Shown here: positions 1 through 12,639 of the stretch, piece by piece
Layout: each line of letters opens with the position of its first letter
How positions within the stretch are numbered: the first letter of the stretch is position 1
Origin: Octopus vulgaris
Taxonomy: Eukaryota
Direction of reading: 5' to 3'
DNA: 64,000 nt
Assembly (NCBI GenBank): GCA_951406725.2
Contig: OX597814.1
Location: 140,306,001-140,370,000, forward strand
The notes under the pieces: model-generated
Database searches by the model: none
Seen by the model: only the letters and a program-made list of their open reading frames with translations
What the model was told of the DNA's origin: nothing
Translations under genes and position numbers: made by a program

Positions 1-754
1 TTCAAAAATGGAAAAATAGCATGTTACTACAAAAAGACAGTCACATAAATTAGTCATACAGTAATGAAGGCATTCAAAGAACTCAGCATGAATCACATAT
101 TCTATTCTACAAATAGCTGTTGGCATTAGGGACAATGATCATTATTTAATATCCTCTTTTCCAAGCTTGCATGGATCAGATGGAATTTGTTGAGGTTGAT
201 TTTCTATGGTCAGATGCCTTTCCTGTTGCCAACCCTCACCTATCTCCAGGCAAGGTAATATTTCCCCATGGCCTTACATGTTTTTGAGGAAGATTGGAAA
301 TAAGCAACATTGTTTTTACAGCCATACTGTCAAGACAAAGGTACACTCAAACATGCCCCCCCCCACATACACACACAGTGAGCTTCTTTCAGTTTCCATC
401 TACCATAATCCACTCCCATGGTTTAGGTCGGCTTAGGGCTGTAATAGAAGACACGTGACCAAAGTGCCATGCAGAGGGACCGAACCTGCAACCACTTGAT
501 TTGAGAGCAAGCTTCTTAACCACAATGCCATGCCTACACTTCACAGCCAAGCCTAATAACAGACAAAATCCGGTATATAGATATAAACTATGAACCAAAT
601 CTACTAAAACTACCATAATACAAATTCAATTAGTCAATAGATAAGCAATTAATCAACCTTGTTATATATTTCTTAAATTACTTCAAATACTTAACAAAAA
701 CTCAATATGTTTTTATCTACTTGGTGTCTGACTACGGAATGCTTTCTATTTCAG

Positions 755-961
755 CGCTATTAGAAACCAAGGGAAAAGTTATATTGGATCCACTTTTGAG
801 GACTGGTCGTCCGTTCGGAGGGCTCATAAATGACATAAAGCGCCGTTATCCATATTACCGAAGTGATATAACAGATTCATTGAATTTACAATGTCTAGCC
901 GCCTTTGTTTTTATATTCTTTGCATGTTTGTCACCATGTATTGCCTTTGGGGGGTTGTTAG
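755..961 (+). CDS. SLC4 AE-type anion exchanger, first exon in window (start of membrane domain, TM1); gene is 5'-incomplete
   Basis: ttcag|CG acceptor at 755 and G|gtaagt donor at 961. Encodes [58 protein letters not shown], closely resembling the band 3/AE2 DPL.RTG..FGGL..D..RRYP.Y.SD motif. Confidence 0.96.
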
Positions 962-1202
962 GTAAGTCTCACTTCTTTATATCTTTTTACGTCCTTCAAT
1001 TTGTCAACATATGTCATAAACAATAATTAGTTTTTGGACAAACAATTCACTATTGTTAAATGTTTCTGGTTCTTTGGTATACTCTATTTTTTTTATACAG
1101 AACTTTTATTACAAAAACTAACTGACACCATTATTTTTGTTATTATTATGCTTGGCTATGTGTGTGCTCATACGTTTATAAGTCTAAATAATAATAATAA
1201 TA

Positions 1203-1246
<44 letters not shown>

Positions 1247-1270
1247 TTTTATTATTATTATTATTATTAC

Positions 1271-1312
<42 letters not shown>

Positions 1313-1369
1313 ATTATTATTTATTATTATTATTATTATTATTAATAATATTTATTATTATTATTATTC

Positions 1370-1742
1370 TATGTTTGACTTTTGCTTTACATTTGTACAA
1401 GTTGGCTCCAAGTCTCACCCAGAGACTCAAGAGACAATAAGTTGGAAGTTCATGTTGGTGTTATGCCTAGGGTGCCATATATTTAGTTTTGTACTTAGTG
1501 TTGTACTAGTGAATGTTTAAGAAACCATAAGAAAATTATGTTTGTTTTAAAACTTGAGATTACATAGAAAGTATTTTGTGTAGGATATGAGCAGTTCCCA
1601 TGGGCACTATCTTTTGAATTTCTGCCATTTTGGGGTTTCCTGGTATCTGAGCTAGGTAGCAATCAGCCCCTTTTGCTATCATTCCCAGGGCACCTATAAC
1701 AACAGGTATTGTTTTAGTCTTCAGGTTCCACATTTTGCTAAT
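1370..1742 (-). mobile_element. 5'-truncated R4/Dong-like non-LTR retrotransposon within (TAA)n
   Basis: Minus strand encodes ISKMWNLKTKTIPVVIGALGMIAKG...EIQKIVPMGTAHILHKILSM*, the C-terminus of a restriction-like endonuclease. Flanked by ATT repeats on both sides. Confidence 0.8.
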
Positions 1743-2222
1743 ATTATTATTATTATTATTATTATTATTAAGGCAGAGTCATTAGCACACTGAACAAAAT
1801 GCTTAGCAGCATGTCATCCTGCGCTATATTCTGAGTTCAAATTCCACCAAGGTCGACTTTGCCTTTTGGGGTTGATGAAATAAATACCAGTCAAGTATTG
1901 CGTGGGGGAGGGGTCAATGTAATCAACTAGACTCCTCCCAACAAATTCCAGGCCTTTTACCTATAGTAGAAAGGATTATTATTATTATTATTATTATCAT
2001 CACCATTATTATTCATTTACTTGTTTCAGTCATTTGACTGCAGTCATGCTAGAACACCACCTTTAGTCAAGCAAATTGATCCCAAGTTTTATTCTTTGTG
2101 AGCCTAGTACTTATTCTATCAGTCTCTTTTGCCAAACCGCTAAGTTACAGAGACGTAAACACACCAGCATCGATTGTCAAGCGATGTTATGTTGGGGGGA
2201 CAAACAAAGACACACAAATAGA

Positions 2223-2278
<56 letters not shown>

Positions 2279-2500
2279 GATAGGCTTCTTTCAGTTACCA
2301 AATCCACTCACAAGGCTTTGGTCAGTCCGAGGCTATAGTAGAGATGCACATATCATCATCCACTAAGGGACATGCTCAGCTGCTTACAGTCAAACAACTG
2401 ACAAGCAAATTTGTGGTATTGAGCAGAATATTTGCTGTAGCCCATCTTTTATACCAAGACAAAACAATGTACACATAATACTTCCAGTCAGTTTTTATTA

Positions 2501-2534
<34 letters not shown>

Positions 2535-3113
2535 CATCATCAACAACAACAACCCAGACGTTTTCATAGCAGGCATCTTGATAAACATTTACTTATACTA
2601 ATTTATTATTATTTTTAACATTTACTATTGAAATTAACTCAAAAAAATTATATTTATGTGCATAATTATTTCCTGTTAGCTTTTTAATATTTCCTTCATT
2701 AAATATGTTTTTGGCACTAAATGTATCAGCTGTTTTGCATGCAAATGGTGTCTTTGAATTATGCCATTTCTAATCAAATTATGTTTATACAACAAATGTG
2801 TATGTATCTACTAATTCTTTCATAACTACTCTGGTAAGTACAAAAAAGGCTTTGCTGATGAAGTCTGAATAAACCTGATCTACTCTTGGAGTTGTTTCCT
2901 GTACTTGTCAGTAAAAGAAAAATAACATTAATTGTTGACTAATATTTTTTTCTTACCATTATTATTTATAGCTCAATTTTTAATGCTTATTGCATAAATT
3001 CTTTAACCACTTATGAAATTATATTTACATTTCATTACATCTATTTGCCACCATTGTCTTTTATTCTCCATAAAATAACCTGTAAATTAGTAAATATGTA
3101 ATAAAAATACGTA

Positions 3114-3293
3114 CCATATTTTAATGTGTATAAGGAACCCTTTTTTGTCAAAAATTAGGTTAAAAAAAATATGGGAGTTTCTTATACAAGGATAGTATTA
3201 TAATCCCTTACAAAACCTTTTTTCCAAATTTTAAGCCCCCAAAATTAAGGGGTTCCTTATACATGAGGGTTCTTTATATATGTTAAAATACAG
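3114..3293. mobile_element. TA-flanked Tc1/mariner/pogo-type MITE
   Basis: ta-ccatattttaa...ttaaaatacag-ta with inverted ataaggaaccc / gggttccttat. Confidence 0.6.
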
Positions 3294-3805
3294 TAATTTA
3301 CAAGAAGTAATAATGCAGCTCACATTTTCACATTTACATGCTTGTTTCCTTTACACTTCAAAGGAAGATGATCAACTGTCCATCCTGAACCATAGGTGGC
3401 TCATAAGACCAGTTTCCTGGATTTTATGGTGCATGTATTTTCCCCTGGGTGGAATGCTGGTCTGTTGCAGGATACTTATTTTTGCTAGCTGAGTGAAATG
3501 AAATGTTTTGCTCAAAATCACATTGCATCACCCTGACTACTAAACCACACACCTCCACCCTTTGCACTTAAATACCTGATATTCAGAAATCTCAGTACAA
3601 ATTCAAATAAAAATTCTGCTTTTATACATCTAAATGTAGATGTATATGTGAAAACATGAGCTGCATCTCTATATACTCATTGCACATCACACATCTTCAT
3701 TCAGTCACACACACACATACACACACACATAATTGATAAAATTATTTTAGATATCAAACATATTTATCTTAATTGAAATCATTCATTCTTTATTAGAGAT
3801 CTTAA

Positions 3806-3863
<58 letters not shown>

Positions 3864-3911
3864 ATTATATGTGTATATATATGTATATATATATGTATGT
3901 ATATATATATG

Positions 3912-3942
<31 letters not shown>

Positions 3943-4031
3943 GTATATATATATGTATATATATATATGTATATATATATGTATATATATATATGTATAT
4001 ATATATGTATGTATATATATATGTATATATA

Positions 4032-4092
<61 letters not shown>

Positions 4093-4432
4093 CCAGGATC
4101 CCTGGTCTGGTGGTACGTAAAAAGCACTATCCGACTCGTGGCCGATGCCAGCACCGCCTCGACTGGCTTCCGTGCCGGTGGCACATAAAATACACCAATC
4201 CGACCGTGGCCGTTGCCAGCCTCGCCTGGCACCTGTGCAGGTGGCACGTAAAAAGCACCCACTACACTCACGGAGTGGTTGGCGTTAGGAAGGGCATCCA
4301 GCTGTAGAAACATTGCCAGATTAGACTGGAGCCTGGTGCAGCCTTCTGGCTTCCCAGAACCCCGGTCGAACCGTCCAACCCATGCTAGCATGGAGAACGG
4401 ACGTTAAACGATGATGATGATGATGATGATGA
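4093..4432 (+). mobile_element. (GAT)n-tailed retroposon 3' end (family C, probably RTE-related)
   Basis: gtggttggcgttaggaagggcatccagctgtagaaac...aacccatgctagcatgga...gacgttaaacgatgatgat. Also at 11095, 12720-13085, 17600, 22630 and 44435 (+), and 24090-24750 and 57920-58080 (-). Confidence 0.8.
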
Positions 4433-4718
4433 TATATATATATACTTCTAAATTGCTACAATAATTGCAATAATTAATTAGTTTGATATCCTGATGAATA
4501 TACACCAAAAGATGTCAAAAAGGCATTCACTTCGATTCTATCAATGATGTGTCTTTTGTTTCCTCTTCATTGATTCAAATATCCTGAGTTCAATATTAGA
4601 TATTGTATTGAATATACACTTAGAGATATCAGATATTTGAAATTCTAATTTCTATTAATTATGTTTCATTATTGCATATGATTTACAAGTTTCTTGATAT
4701 GAACTTGTGTATTGAAAC

Positions 4719-5006
4719 ATATTTTGTTGTATTTTTGGTGGTTCATTATGCCAATAATAAACACATGCACTGGTTTTGTTTCACTTCTTTATTTTTATCT
4801 ATCAATTTGTTCAACCTTTAACTAATTAACTAATTGATTGTCTGATAGCTGATTGATTGAGTGATTGACTGAACAATTAATCAAACAATCAATTAGTTAA
4901 TGTTTAAATGGTTAATCAATTAGTTAATAAAAATAAAGAAGTGAAATAGAAACTGTGTATGTGTTTATTACTGTCATAATGACCCTCCCAAGATACTATA
5001 AAATAT
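4719..5006. repeat. Intronic palindrome (probably Penelope terminal-repeat derived)
   Basis: 4719-4797 is the reverse complement of 4928-5006; a single-arm copy is at about 17265-17340. Confidence 0.8.
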
Positions 5007-5589
5007 CAGTTGTGTGTTTTTCATTTCTTTACTATTGATTCAAATAATAATTTTTGGTAACATTTAAACATGCTATTTGAAAACTTTCTAAATTGTCTTT
5101 ACTATTATGTTCTTATTCTCTGCACTTTGCTGTCCTTTCTTTTATTTTTCTCTTTTTAAAATTAATGAATGCTATTATTACATTTTGTTACTTTTCCTTT
5201 GTATACACTTTCTGAATGAAACAGAATTTCGATGTTGATTTTTAAATTTTTTGCCTTTGCTGCAGTGACACTTATAACTCATGATATATAAATATATTTT
5301 CCAAAACACTTAAAAGCATTCTCTTCACATACATATTTACTTACTTAATTATTTATTTGTAACTATCCAAAGGGTTTTTTAACCTACTATTTGCACGCTT
5401 ATTTATAGCTTTACCTACTTCAAGTTTCACTTTTTAAAACAAATTATTTCACGTCTCTCAAATTTTCTAAACTCTAATATCATATACAATATTTACATCA
5501 AAGTATTTTTAGCAGTATTCATTTTTAAGTTTAATGTGTTATGCCATGCATTAATATCTAAACAGTGATGCAATATTTATAGTTGATTC

Positions 5590-5805
5590 AAGGCGGCGAG
5601 CTGGTAGAAACGTTAGCATGCTGGGCGAAATGCTCGGCAGTATTTCATTTGTTTTTATGTTCTGAGTTTGAATTCCACCAAGGTCAACTTTGCCTTTCAT
5701 CCTTTCAGGGTCAATAAATTAAGTACCAGTTGCATACTGGGACTGATCTAATTGACTGGCTCCCTTCCAAAAATTTCAGGCCTTGTGCCTAGAGTAGAAA
5801 AGAAT
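5590..5805 (+). mobile_element. tRNA-derived SINE family A
   Basis: A box (tggtagaaacgtt), B box (gagtttgaattcc), core gcctttcatcctttc...gtcaataaattaagtaccag; TSD aatattta(t/c)agttgatt. Confidence 0.85.
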
Positions 5806-5884
5806 ATTTACAGTTGATTTAATGATTCCAAATTAGCTCACAAAACAGTAAGCTAAATATCAACATTAGAAACTCAGAAGTTTT

Positions 5885-6275
5885 GTGTGGCTGTATGGTA
5901 AGAAGCTTGCTTCGCAACCACATGGTTCCGGGTTCAGTACCACTGCATTGCACCTTGAACAAATGTTTTCTACTATAGCCTCGGGCCGACCAAAGCCTTG
6001 TGAGTGGATTTGGTAGGCAGAAACTGAAAGAAGCCCATCGTATATATATATATATATATATATATTTGTGTGTGTGTCTGTGCTTGTCCCCCCATCATTG
6101 CTTGACAACTGCTGTCGGTGTGTATACATCCCCATAACTTAGCAGTTCGGCAAATGAGACCAATAGAATAAGTACTAGGCTTACAAAAATAAGTCCTGGG
6201 GTTGATTTGTTTGGCAAAAGTCGGTGCTCCAGCATGGTCACAGTCAAATGACTGAAACAAGTAAATGAATAAATG
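5885..6275 (+). mobile_element. SINE family B (internal (TA)n/(TG)n; tail gtgctccagcatgg..cagtcaaatgactgaaac)
   Basis: Near-identical copies at 16138, 25733, 40805 and 41211 (+), and at 2015-2345, 15780-16110, 18305-18680 and 25190-25510 (-). Confidence 0.85.
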
Positions 6276-6891
6276 AATCCAGACAGCTTTTGAAAGAATT
6301 TAGGAGACTAAGATTCTTTTGCTAATATTTTAGCAATAGAATTAAAGATAATTAAGCATAAAACTTGTTTTAAAAGAGAAAAGCTGACAGGTCACATTTG
6401 TAAGCCAATGTGACCCTTATCACTCATAGTTTTCCATCAGCAGGTTTGTCTCCTTTTTATAACAATTAAGCATATGACCAAGTGGTTAGGATATTGACCT
6501 CATAATAAGGTTGTTGATTCACTTCCTGGATTGAGTGGTTCATTGTGCTCTTGAGCAAGGCACTTCATTTCACATTTCTTCAGTTTACTCAGTTGAAAAA
6601 TTAGTACCAGTTTAATGTTGGTGCTTTCTCTCTCACCAGCTGTCACATCCTCAATATTTCACTTGAGTTCAGGATGGGAAGACCAAGGGAGCATCTGTGT
6701 CTGCCCACACAACTACACAAGACCTTAAAACATTAAAGAAAGCATGGTGCTTATTACTAAGTTACTTGTGAATGATGACTATGCATGCCTTGCATACTTT
6801 CTGTAACAATTAACAAGAACTCTGTTATTCTTGTCCTTTTGATGACATCTTGTACAACTTAATTCATTTCATTGGTAGCACTGTTTGCTCT

Positions 6892-7125
6892 TTAAGGCAG
6901 CAAGCTGGCAGAAACGTTAGCACGCCGGGCGAAATTCTTAGCAATATTTCGTCTGTCTTTATGTTCTGAGTTCAAATTCCACCAAGGTCAACTTTGCCTT
7001 TCATCTTTTTGGGGTCAATAAATTAAGTACCAGTTACGCACTGGGTCAATGTAATCGACTTAATCCCTTTGTCTGTCCTTGTTTGTTCCCTCTATGATTA
7101 GCCCCTTGTGGGCAATAAAGAAATA
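6892..7125 (+). mobile_element. SINE family A, tail-2 subfamily
   Basis: 15-bp TSD ag(c/t)actgtttgctct at 6877-6891 and 7126-7140. Confidence 0.88.
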
Positions 7126-7628
7126 AGTACTGTTTGCTCTGGAACTCTAAATATTCTTATCAAACAACAGAACATAATATCTTTGGAAATATATATCTAT
7201 GTAGCTATCTAATTACTTTCCTGACATTTAGAATGCCAATTGGTTAATGAAGTTTCTCTTTTATAAAAAAAAATTGTTGCTTGTCTGACTTGCTAATCTG
7301 TGGATGCTACATATGTTTGAATTTGTATGGCTTTTTCTTCTAATTTTGTTCTGGTTGACATTAATGTCTAACCTTGTCAGGTCACTAAAACAAATGCTAG
7401 TTACAAATCAAAGCTCCCTTCCTTTTTTCTCAGTACCACAGTCATGAAAACTTGTAAAAGAGACACCTACTATCTCCAGCTGATAGCATTTAGCCTCCTG
7501 CACTGATATTTCTGTTTAAGGATCATCAGTCTGGATTAATTTCCAAGGTTCTGTTGCTCTGTCATTATTACCTCTAAGGTCTCACTCAGAAACGTAAGTC
7601 ATGTTTGTTAATTTTTTTCCTGTTTCAG

Positions 7629-7777
7629 CGGAAAAAACCAATGGACTTATGGGGGTAACAGAAACTGTACTGAGTACGTCGCTGTGTGGACTTATATTTG
7701 GCCTGTTCAGTGGACAGCCCCTTATGATCCTAGGAGCCACAGGGCCTGTTCTAGTATATGAGCAGTCTTTATACAAG
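7629..7777 (+). CDS. SLC4 exon (TM2-TM3)
   Basis: tttcag|CG to AAG|gtaaac; phase 1 matches the previous exon. Encodes EKTNGLMGVTETVLSTSLCGLIFGLFSGQPLMILGATGPVLVYEQSLYK (GQPL/TGP signature). Confidence 0.96.
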
Positions 7778-8319
7778 GTAAACTACTTACAAAATATTTC
7801 AATATTTCTATTTAGTATTCTTAACATTTTTTCTGTAAATATTTGTTTCTGTTTTTTGTGCAGGCATGGCTGTGTGGTAAGATATTTGCTTCCCAACTAC
7901 ATGGTTTTGGATTCAGTTCCACTGCATGTTACCTTGGGCAAGTGTCTTCTACTATAGCCCTAGGCCAACCAAAGCCTTGTGAGTAGATTTGGGAGACAGA
8001 CTGAAAGAAGCCAATCATGTGTGTGTATGCCTGTGTCTATATGTATTTATATATACACACATGGAAAGCTTCTGTACAGTCTTTGTCTACTAGTTCTACT
8101 TGCAAAATATTGTTTAACCCAGGGCTATAGTACTGTGCTTATCAAAGTGGGTAGGATTACCGCCTGGGTTGGGAGAAATAGTAGAAAATTCTATATAGCT
8201 ACTGGGAACAAATGAAGGCAGTTAGGGATGACATATACACCTCCTAGTTGCCCTAGTTTTCAAAAATATTTTAAATTTCATTGTGTGCAAATCATCAGGT
8301 AATATTAGAAGTTGGTGAA

Positions 8320-8610
8320 ATAGCATGGCTCAGTGGTTAGAGCGTCGAGCTTACGATCGTGAGGTTGTGAGTTCGAACCCCAAACCGGGCTGTGTTGTGT
8401 TCTTGAGCAAGATACTTTGTTTCACATTGCTCCAGTTCACTCAGCTGCAGAAATGAGTTGCAACATCACAGGTGCCAAGCTGTATCAGCCCCTTTGCCTT
8501 TCCCTTGGATAACACCAGTGGTATGGAGAAGGGACACTGGTATGCCTGGAAGGGTAACTTTCTAGGTGCAATAATCCCATGGTCAGTCATGACCGAAGGG
8601 GGTCTCAGCA
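8320..8610 (+). mobile_element. tRNA-derived SINE family E
   Basis: tggctcagtggttagagcg...gagttcgaaccc A/B boxes, then ttcttgagcaagatactt; minus-strand relatives at about 58850-59075 and 60630-60925. Confidence 0.75.
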
Positions 8611-10203
8611 GCAGCTCAGCATTAGAGGTTGAAATTTTGTTCCAACATTCCATTATCATATTGATGAAATGACTTATGTGCAAGTGCTCTTAATGGAATC
8701 AACCTGTTAGCAACAGTTTTTTCTTTTGTTTTTGTTTTTTTGTGGTGTATTTTTTTGTGTTTTTTTGGCTGAAAGGTAGCACTGAGAGAAAGTCAGTAAA
8801 TGAAAGAGGGTGATAGTTAAAAAAAGGTTATGGCTGTGTGGTTAAGAAGTCCACCTTGTAGCCATGTGGTAATTAAAACAATTAATTAATGATGATACAT
8901 TGCTAATTTTAATGAAATACAAGCAAAACATTCTGGGCACCCTAAGTGTGTATGTTCTATTAATGATGGATGTTGAATGTGAACCCAGTTGTAAACCACA
9001 TTGATAAACACCAACTATGACCAATTTGTAGTAGTAGAAATATTTATGATACAGCTAGCATGGTAACAATGCCGGTAAATGGAGTTGGGACTGCCTTGTA
9101 TACAAATAAATACAATAAATGCTCATGCAGAGAAAAATCAAAATGTACTTTGATGAATCTCTGTGAGTACAAATTTTATATATAAATGTACCATGCACAC
9201 AAGGGGAGGGTCCTATGTTTACATTGGGCAGACAGCTGATTCATTTAAGAATCGTTACTGTAATCCTGTTGCCAGCTTTAAGACAATCAATAAGAGACAT
9301 TCAACATCTTTGGCAGATTTTGTATGGTGACTGACAGAGGATAAAGTGAAGTGCAACATTAACTGATCCATAGTAAGGTATGCAAAACCATACAATATAA
9401 TTTCCAGGAGATGCCATCTCTGCTCCAAGGAATCCCTGTCTATTCTGTAGACTAATGAGAAGATAATTAATAGTATTTCTGAATGATTTTCGAGATGCTG
9501 ACACACATATAAATGTACTTTCACACAATGCAGTGAGAATGAATTTTGAGTAACCGTTAACTTAATTTACTTTAAGGTATGGATGACTTAAGTTTAGTTT
9601 TAACCTCCCCATTCATATAACCACCAAGTAGATAACTAACTCGCTTTGTGATCATGAGTGCACCAAACCTCACATTTCTGTGGATGCTTGTATGAGCGAG
9701 TGTACTCAGCCATGCAGCTTGCCCGAGGGTGTTTACACATCCATATTTGTTAACAATTATTTTTAATACTTTTCTCGCTGGATTGCATGTCCTTTTTTTT
9801 TTTTTGCCACCTGTGATTTTATTTTTGATCTTCTATATAAATGAAGATATTTCCTCCGTCTGGCTACTTTTCTCTCAACAAAACGGTAAGTTACATTGCA
9901 GAACAGTCATTTTAACGAGTTGTATTTACTTATTACCCGACAAGATACATCTGCACTACCGGATGCTCCTGAACCAGTTGCTGAATGTCCCACCCAATAG
10001 GAATCGATGCTAGATGTGTTGAAACAATTTGTCACGATTAATAATAAATTCTCATATATTCCATCTTCCGTCTTTCATTTGCCATATATCTGTGTGTATG
10101 TATATATATATATATATATATGAGTTTGTATGGATGTGTATGGAAGAATATATTAATCAATGAAATTCTAACAGTCTGGTTTTCACTTTTTATTATTTTC
10201 AAT

Positions 10204-10357
10204 TTTACAGTATTGAAATAAATTTGTACTTTCATGCATTACGCACTCATCAGGTTTATGGAGTGACAACTATGTCAATTGTGGAACACAACTGTCACCA
10301 CATAAACCTGATGATTGCAAAATGCATGAAAGTACTAGTTTATTTCAATACTGTAAA
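10204..10357. repeat. Intronic palindrome with a minimal hammerhead motif in each arm
   Basis: Arms at about 10204-10268 and 10293-10357 are reverse complements. Confidence 0.9.
10302..10343 (+). ncRNA. Minimal type-I hammerhead ribozyme motif
   Basis: ATAAAC-CTGATGA-tTGCAaaaTGCAt-GAAA-GtaC-TA/GTTTAT: 6-bp stem I, all core bases present, palindromic AGTACT stem III; the 10.1-11.1 position is a U.U mismatch. Confidence 0.75.
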
Positions 10358-10539
10358 TATCAAAACACACACACACATATATATTACTTTTGATTCACCA
10401 GTTCTATAGTTCATGTATGGAAATATAATTTTAAAATTTATAATATATACGTCATGGTGTTTGTGTTGGTTTTAAATTTATATTGATATTTTCTATTTTT
10501 CCATCTCTGTCACACATTCTCTCTCTCTCTCTCTTTCAG

Positions 10540-10734
10540 TTCTGTGAAAGCAATGATTTAGAATTCCTGCCTATGCGTTGTTGGATTGGATTCTGGGTTA
10601 CTGTGATAGCCGCAGTAGTTGTGGCCTTAGAAGGCAGCTTTCTCGTGAAATTTGTTACCAGATTCACAGAGGAAATTTTTGCTATATTGATTTCTCTTAT
10701 CTTTATCTATGAAGTCATTAAAAAATTAACAGAT
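10540..10734 (+). CDS. SLC4 exon (TM4-TM5)
   Basis: tttcag|TTC to GAT|gtaatt. Encodes FCESNDLEFLPMRCWIGFW...EGSFLVKFVTRFTEEIFAILISLIFIYEVIKKLTD (RFTEEIF motif). Confidence 0.96.
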
Positions 10735-10853
10735 GTAATTATGTTTACTTATTCTTATTTCTTTCTTTTCTTCTTCTTGCATTCACATCAGTATCACCTA
10801 AGAATTTTATAATTCCTTAGCTTGCAACTTCATTACAGTTTAATAGTATATTA

Positions 10854-10902
<49 letters not shown>

Positions 10903-11378
10903 TAAATTAAATTAGAGATAAAACCACTATTAGGCAAATCAAACAATGAAAAACATAAACCAAAACATAAAAATAATTAATATAATATACAAAATATATA
11001 AAATTTAAATTATTTAAATTTAAAATTATTAATTTATATTTATAAATTTTTAAATTTTATATATTTTGTATATTATATTAATGTTTCATAACTGACACGT
11101 ATAAAGCACCCACTACACTCTTGGAGTTGTTGGCATTAGGAAGGGTACCATGCCAAATCAGATTGAAACCTGGTGCAGCTTACCAGTTTTGTGCCAAAAA
11201 TTGTCCAATCCATGCCAGCATGTAAAATGGACAATAAATGATGTTACCTCCTATTAAGCTGGCACTGTTTGCTTGCTTCCAAATGCTTTTATAGACTCAT
11301 TGTGGTTGCTTTCTAACAAATCTCTATTGGTATCAACATTCTTTCTGCTTATACCCTGTCATAGATATATCCTAATTA

Positions 11379-12290
11379 AGGTGCTGAGCTGGCAGAATTG
11401 TTAGCACACCATGAAGGTGGTGAGCTGGCAGAATCGTTAGCATGCCGAACGAAATGCTTAGCGGTATTTCATCTGCTGCTACGTTCTGAGTTCAAATTCC
11501 ACCGAGGTCGACTTTGCTTTTCATCCTTTCAGGGTCAATAAATTAAGTACCAGTTACACACTGGGGTCGATCTAATCAACTTAATCCCTTTGTCCATCCT
11601 TGTTTGTCCCCTCTATGTTTAGCCCCTTGTGGACAATAAAGAAATAAGAATTGTTGGCACACCAGGCAAAATGCTTAGTGGCATTTTGTCTGTCTTCACA
11701 TTCTGAGTTCAGATTCCACTATGGTCAACTTTGCCTTTCATCATTTCGGGCTCAATAAAATAAGTACCAGTTGTGTACTGGGGTTGATGTAATCAATTAT
11801 CTCCTCTCCTAAATTTCAGGCTTTGTGCCAGTAGTAGAAAGGATTATTATTGTTATTATTAAGGCAGCAAGCTGGCAGAATCGTTACCACACTGGACAAA
11901 ATGCTTAGTAATACTTCACCTGTCACTACATTCTGAGTTCAAATTCTGCCAAAGTCGACTTTGCCCTTCATCCTTTGTGGGAGGAGTTCGATAAATTAAG
12001 TACCAGTGAAACACTGAGGTCAATATAATTGATTAGTTCTCTCCCTCAAATTTCCAGGCCTTGTGCCATTAGTAGAAAGGCAGTGGGTTGGGAGAAGCAT
12101 TAGCATGCCTAGCAAAATTCTTGGCTCCATTTCATCCATTTTCACATTCTGCTTAAGTCAGCTTTGCCTTTTATCCTTTTAGGGTCAATAAAATAAGTAC
12201 CAGTTGAACACTGGTATCAATGTAATAAACTTAACCCCCCATCCACCAAACTTGCTGGCCTTGTGCCAAAATTTAAAATTATTATTATTA
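11379..12290 (+). mobile_element. Cluster of about 4 SINE A copies, tandem and nested
   Basis: The copy at 11412-11646 sits inside another copy with an 18-bp TSD agaattgtt(a/g)gcacacca. The cluster ends directly before the 12316 acceptor. Confidence 0.85.
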
Positions 12291-12315
12291 TTATTATTAT
12301 GTTTTATTTTTACAG

Positions 12316-12639
12316 ATTTATCAAAAATACCCATTGATAGCTGATTGTGAATCCTGTTGTCCAAATATTGTTCTTCCAAGCTTCAATAGCAGTAATTCTT
12401 TAGAACCAGTGTCTGAAATACCATACACTCTATTTAATTCCTCCATGGGTGCCACAGCGGACCAAGCTCACATGACAACTGAGTCTGGGGTTGAGGAGAA
12501 TTTAAAAGGTCAAAATCGTTACACAAAAAATTCTAATCAACCAAATACTGCACTGCTGTCAACAATTTTGGCTCTAGGAACATTTTTTATAGCATATTTC
12601 CTCAGAATATTCAGAAATAGCAAATTTCTTGGGAGAAGT
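12316..12639 (+). CDS. SLC4 exon (large extracellular loop 3 and TM6)
   Basis: tacag|ATT to AGT|gtaagt, 324 bp, phase 0. Encodes IYQKYPLIADCESCC...QPNTALLSTILALGTFFIAYFLRIFRNSKFLGRS. Confidence 0.95.

Noticed and set aside
3783-4391. Long ORFs rich in YI/CV/HT/ER/SL/I/N repeats (also 1034, 16924-17281, 29212-29970, 41628, 42387-42766, 54405-54738, 61606-61861, 63409)
   Set aside because: They are translations of stop-free microsatellites and SINE parts, not proteins.
8870-10090. Possible decayed retroelement ending in GAAACAATTTGTC
   Set aside because: No translatable motif or CUGANGA core could be supported by eye; it needs a translated search.
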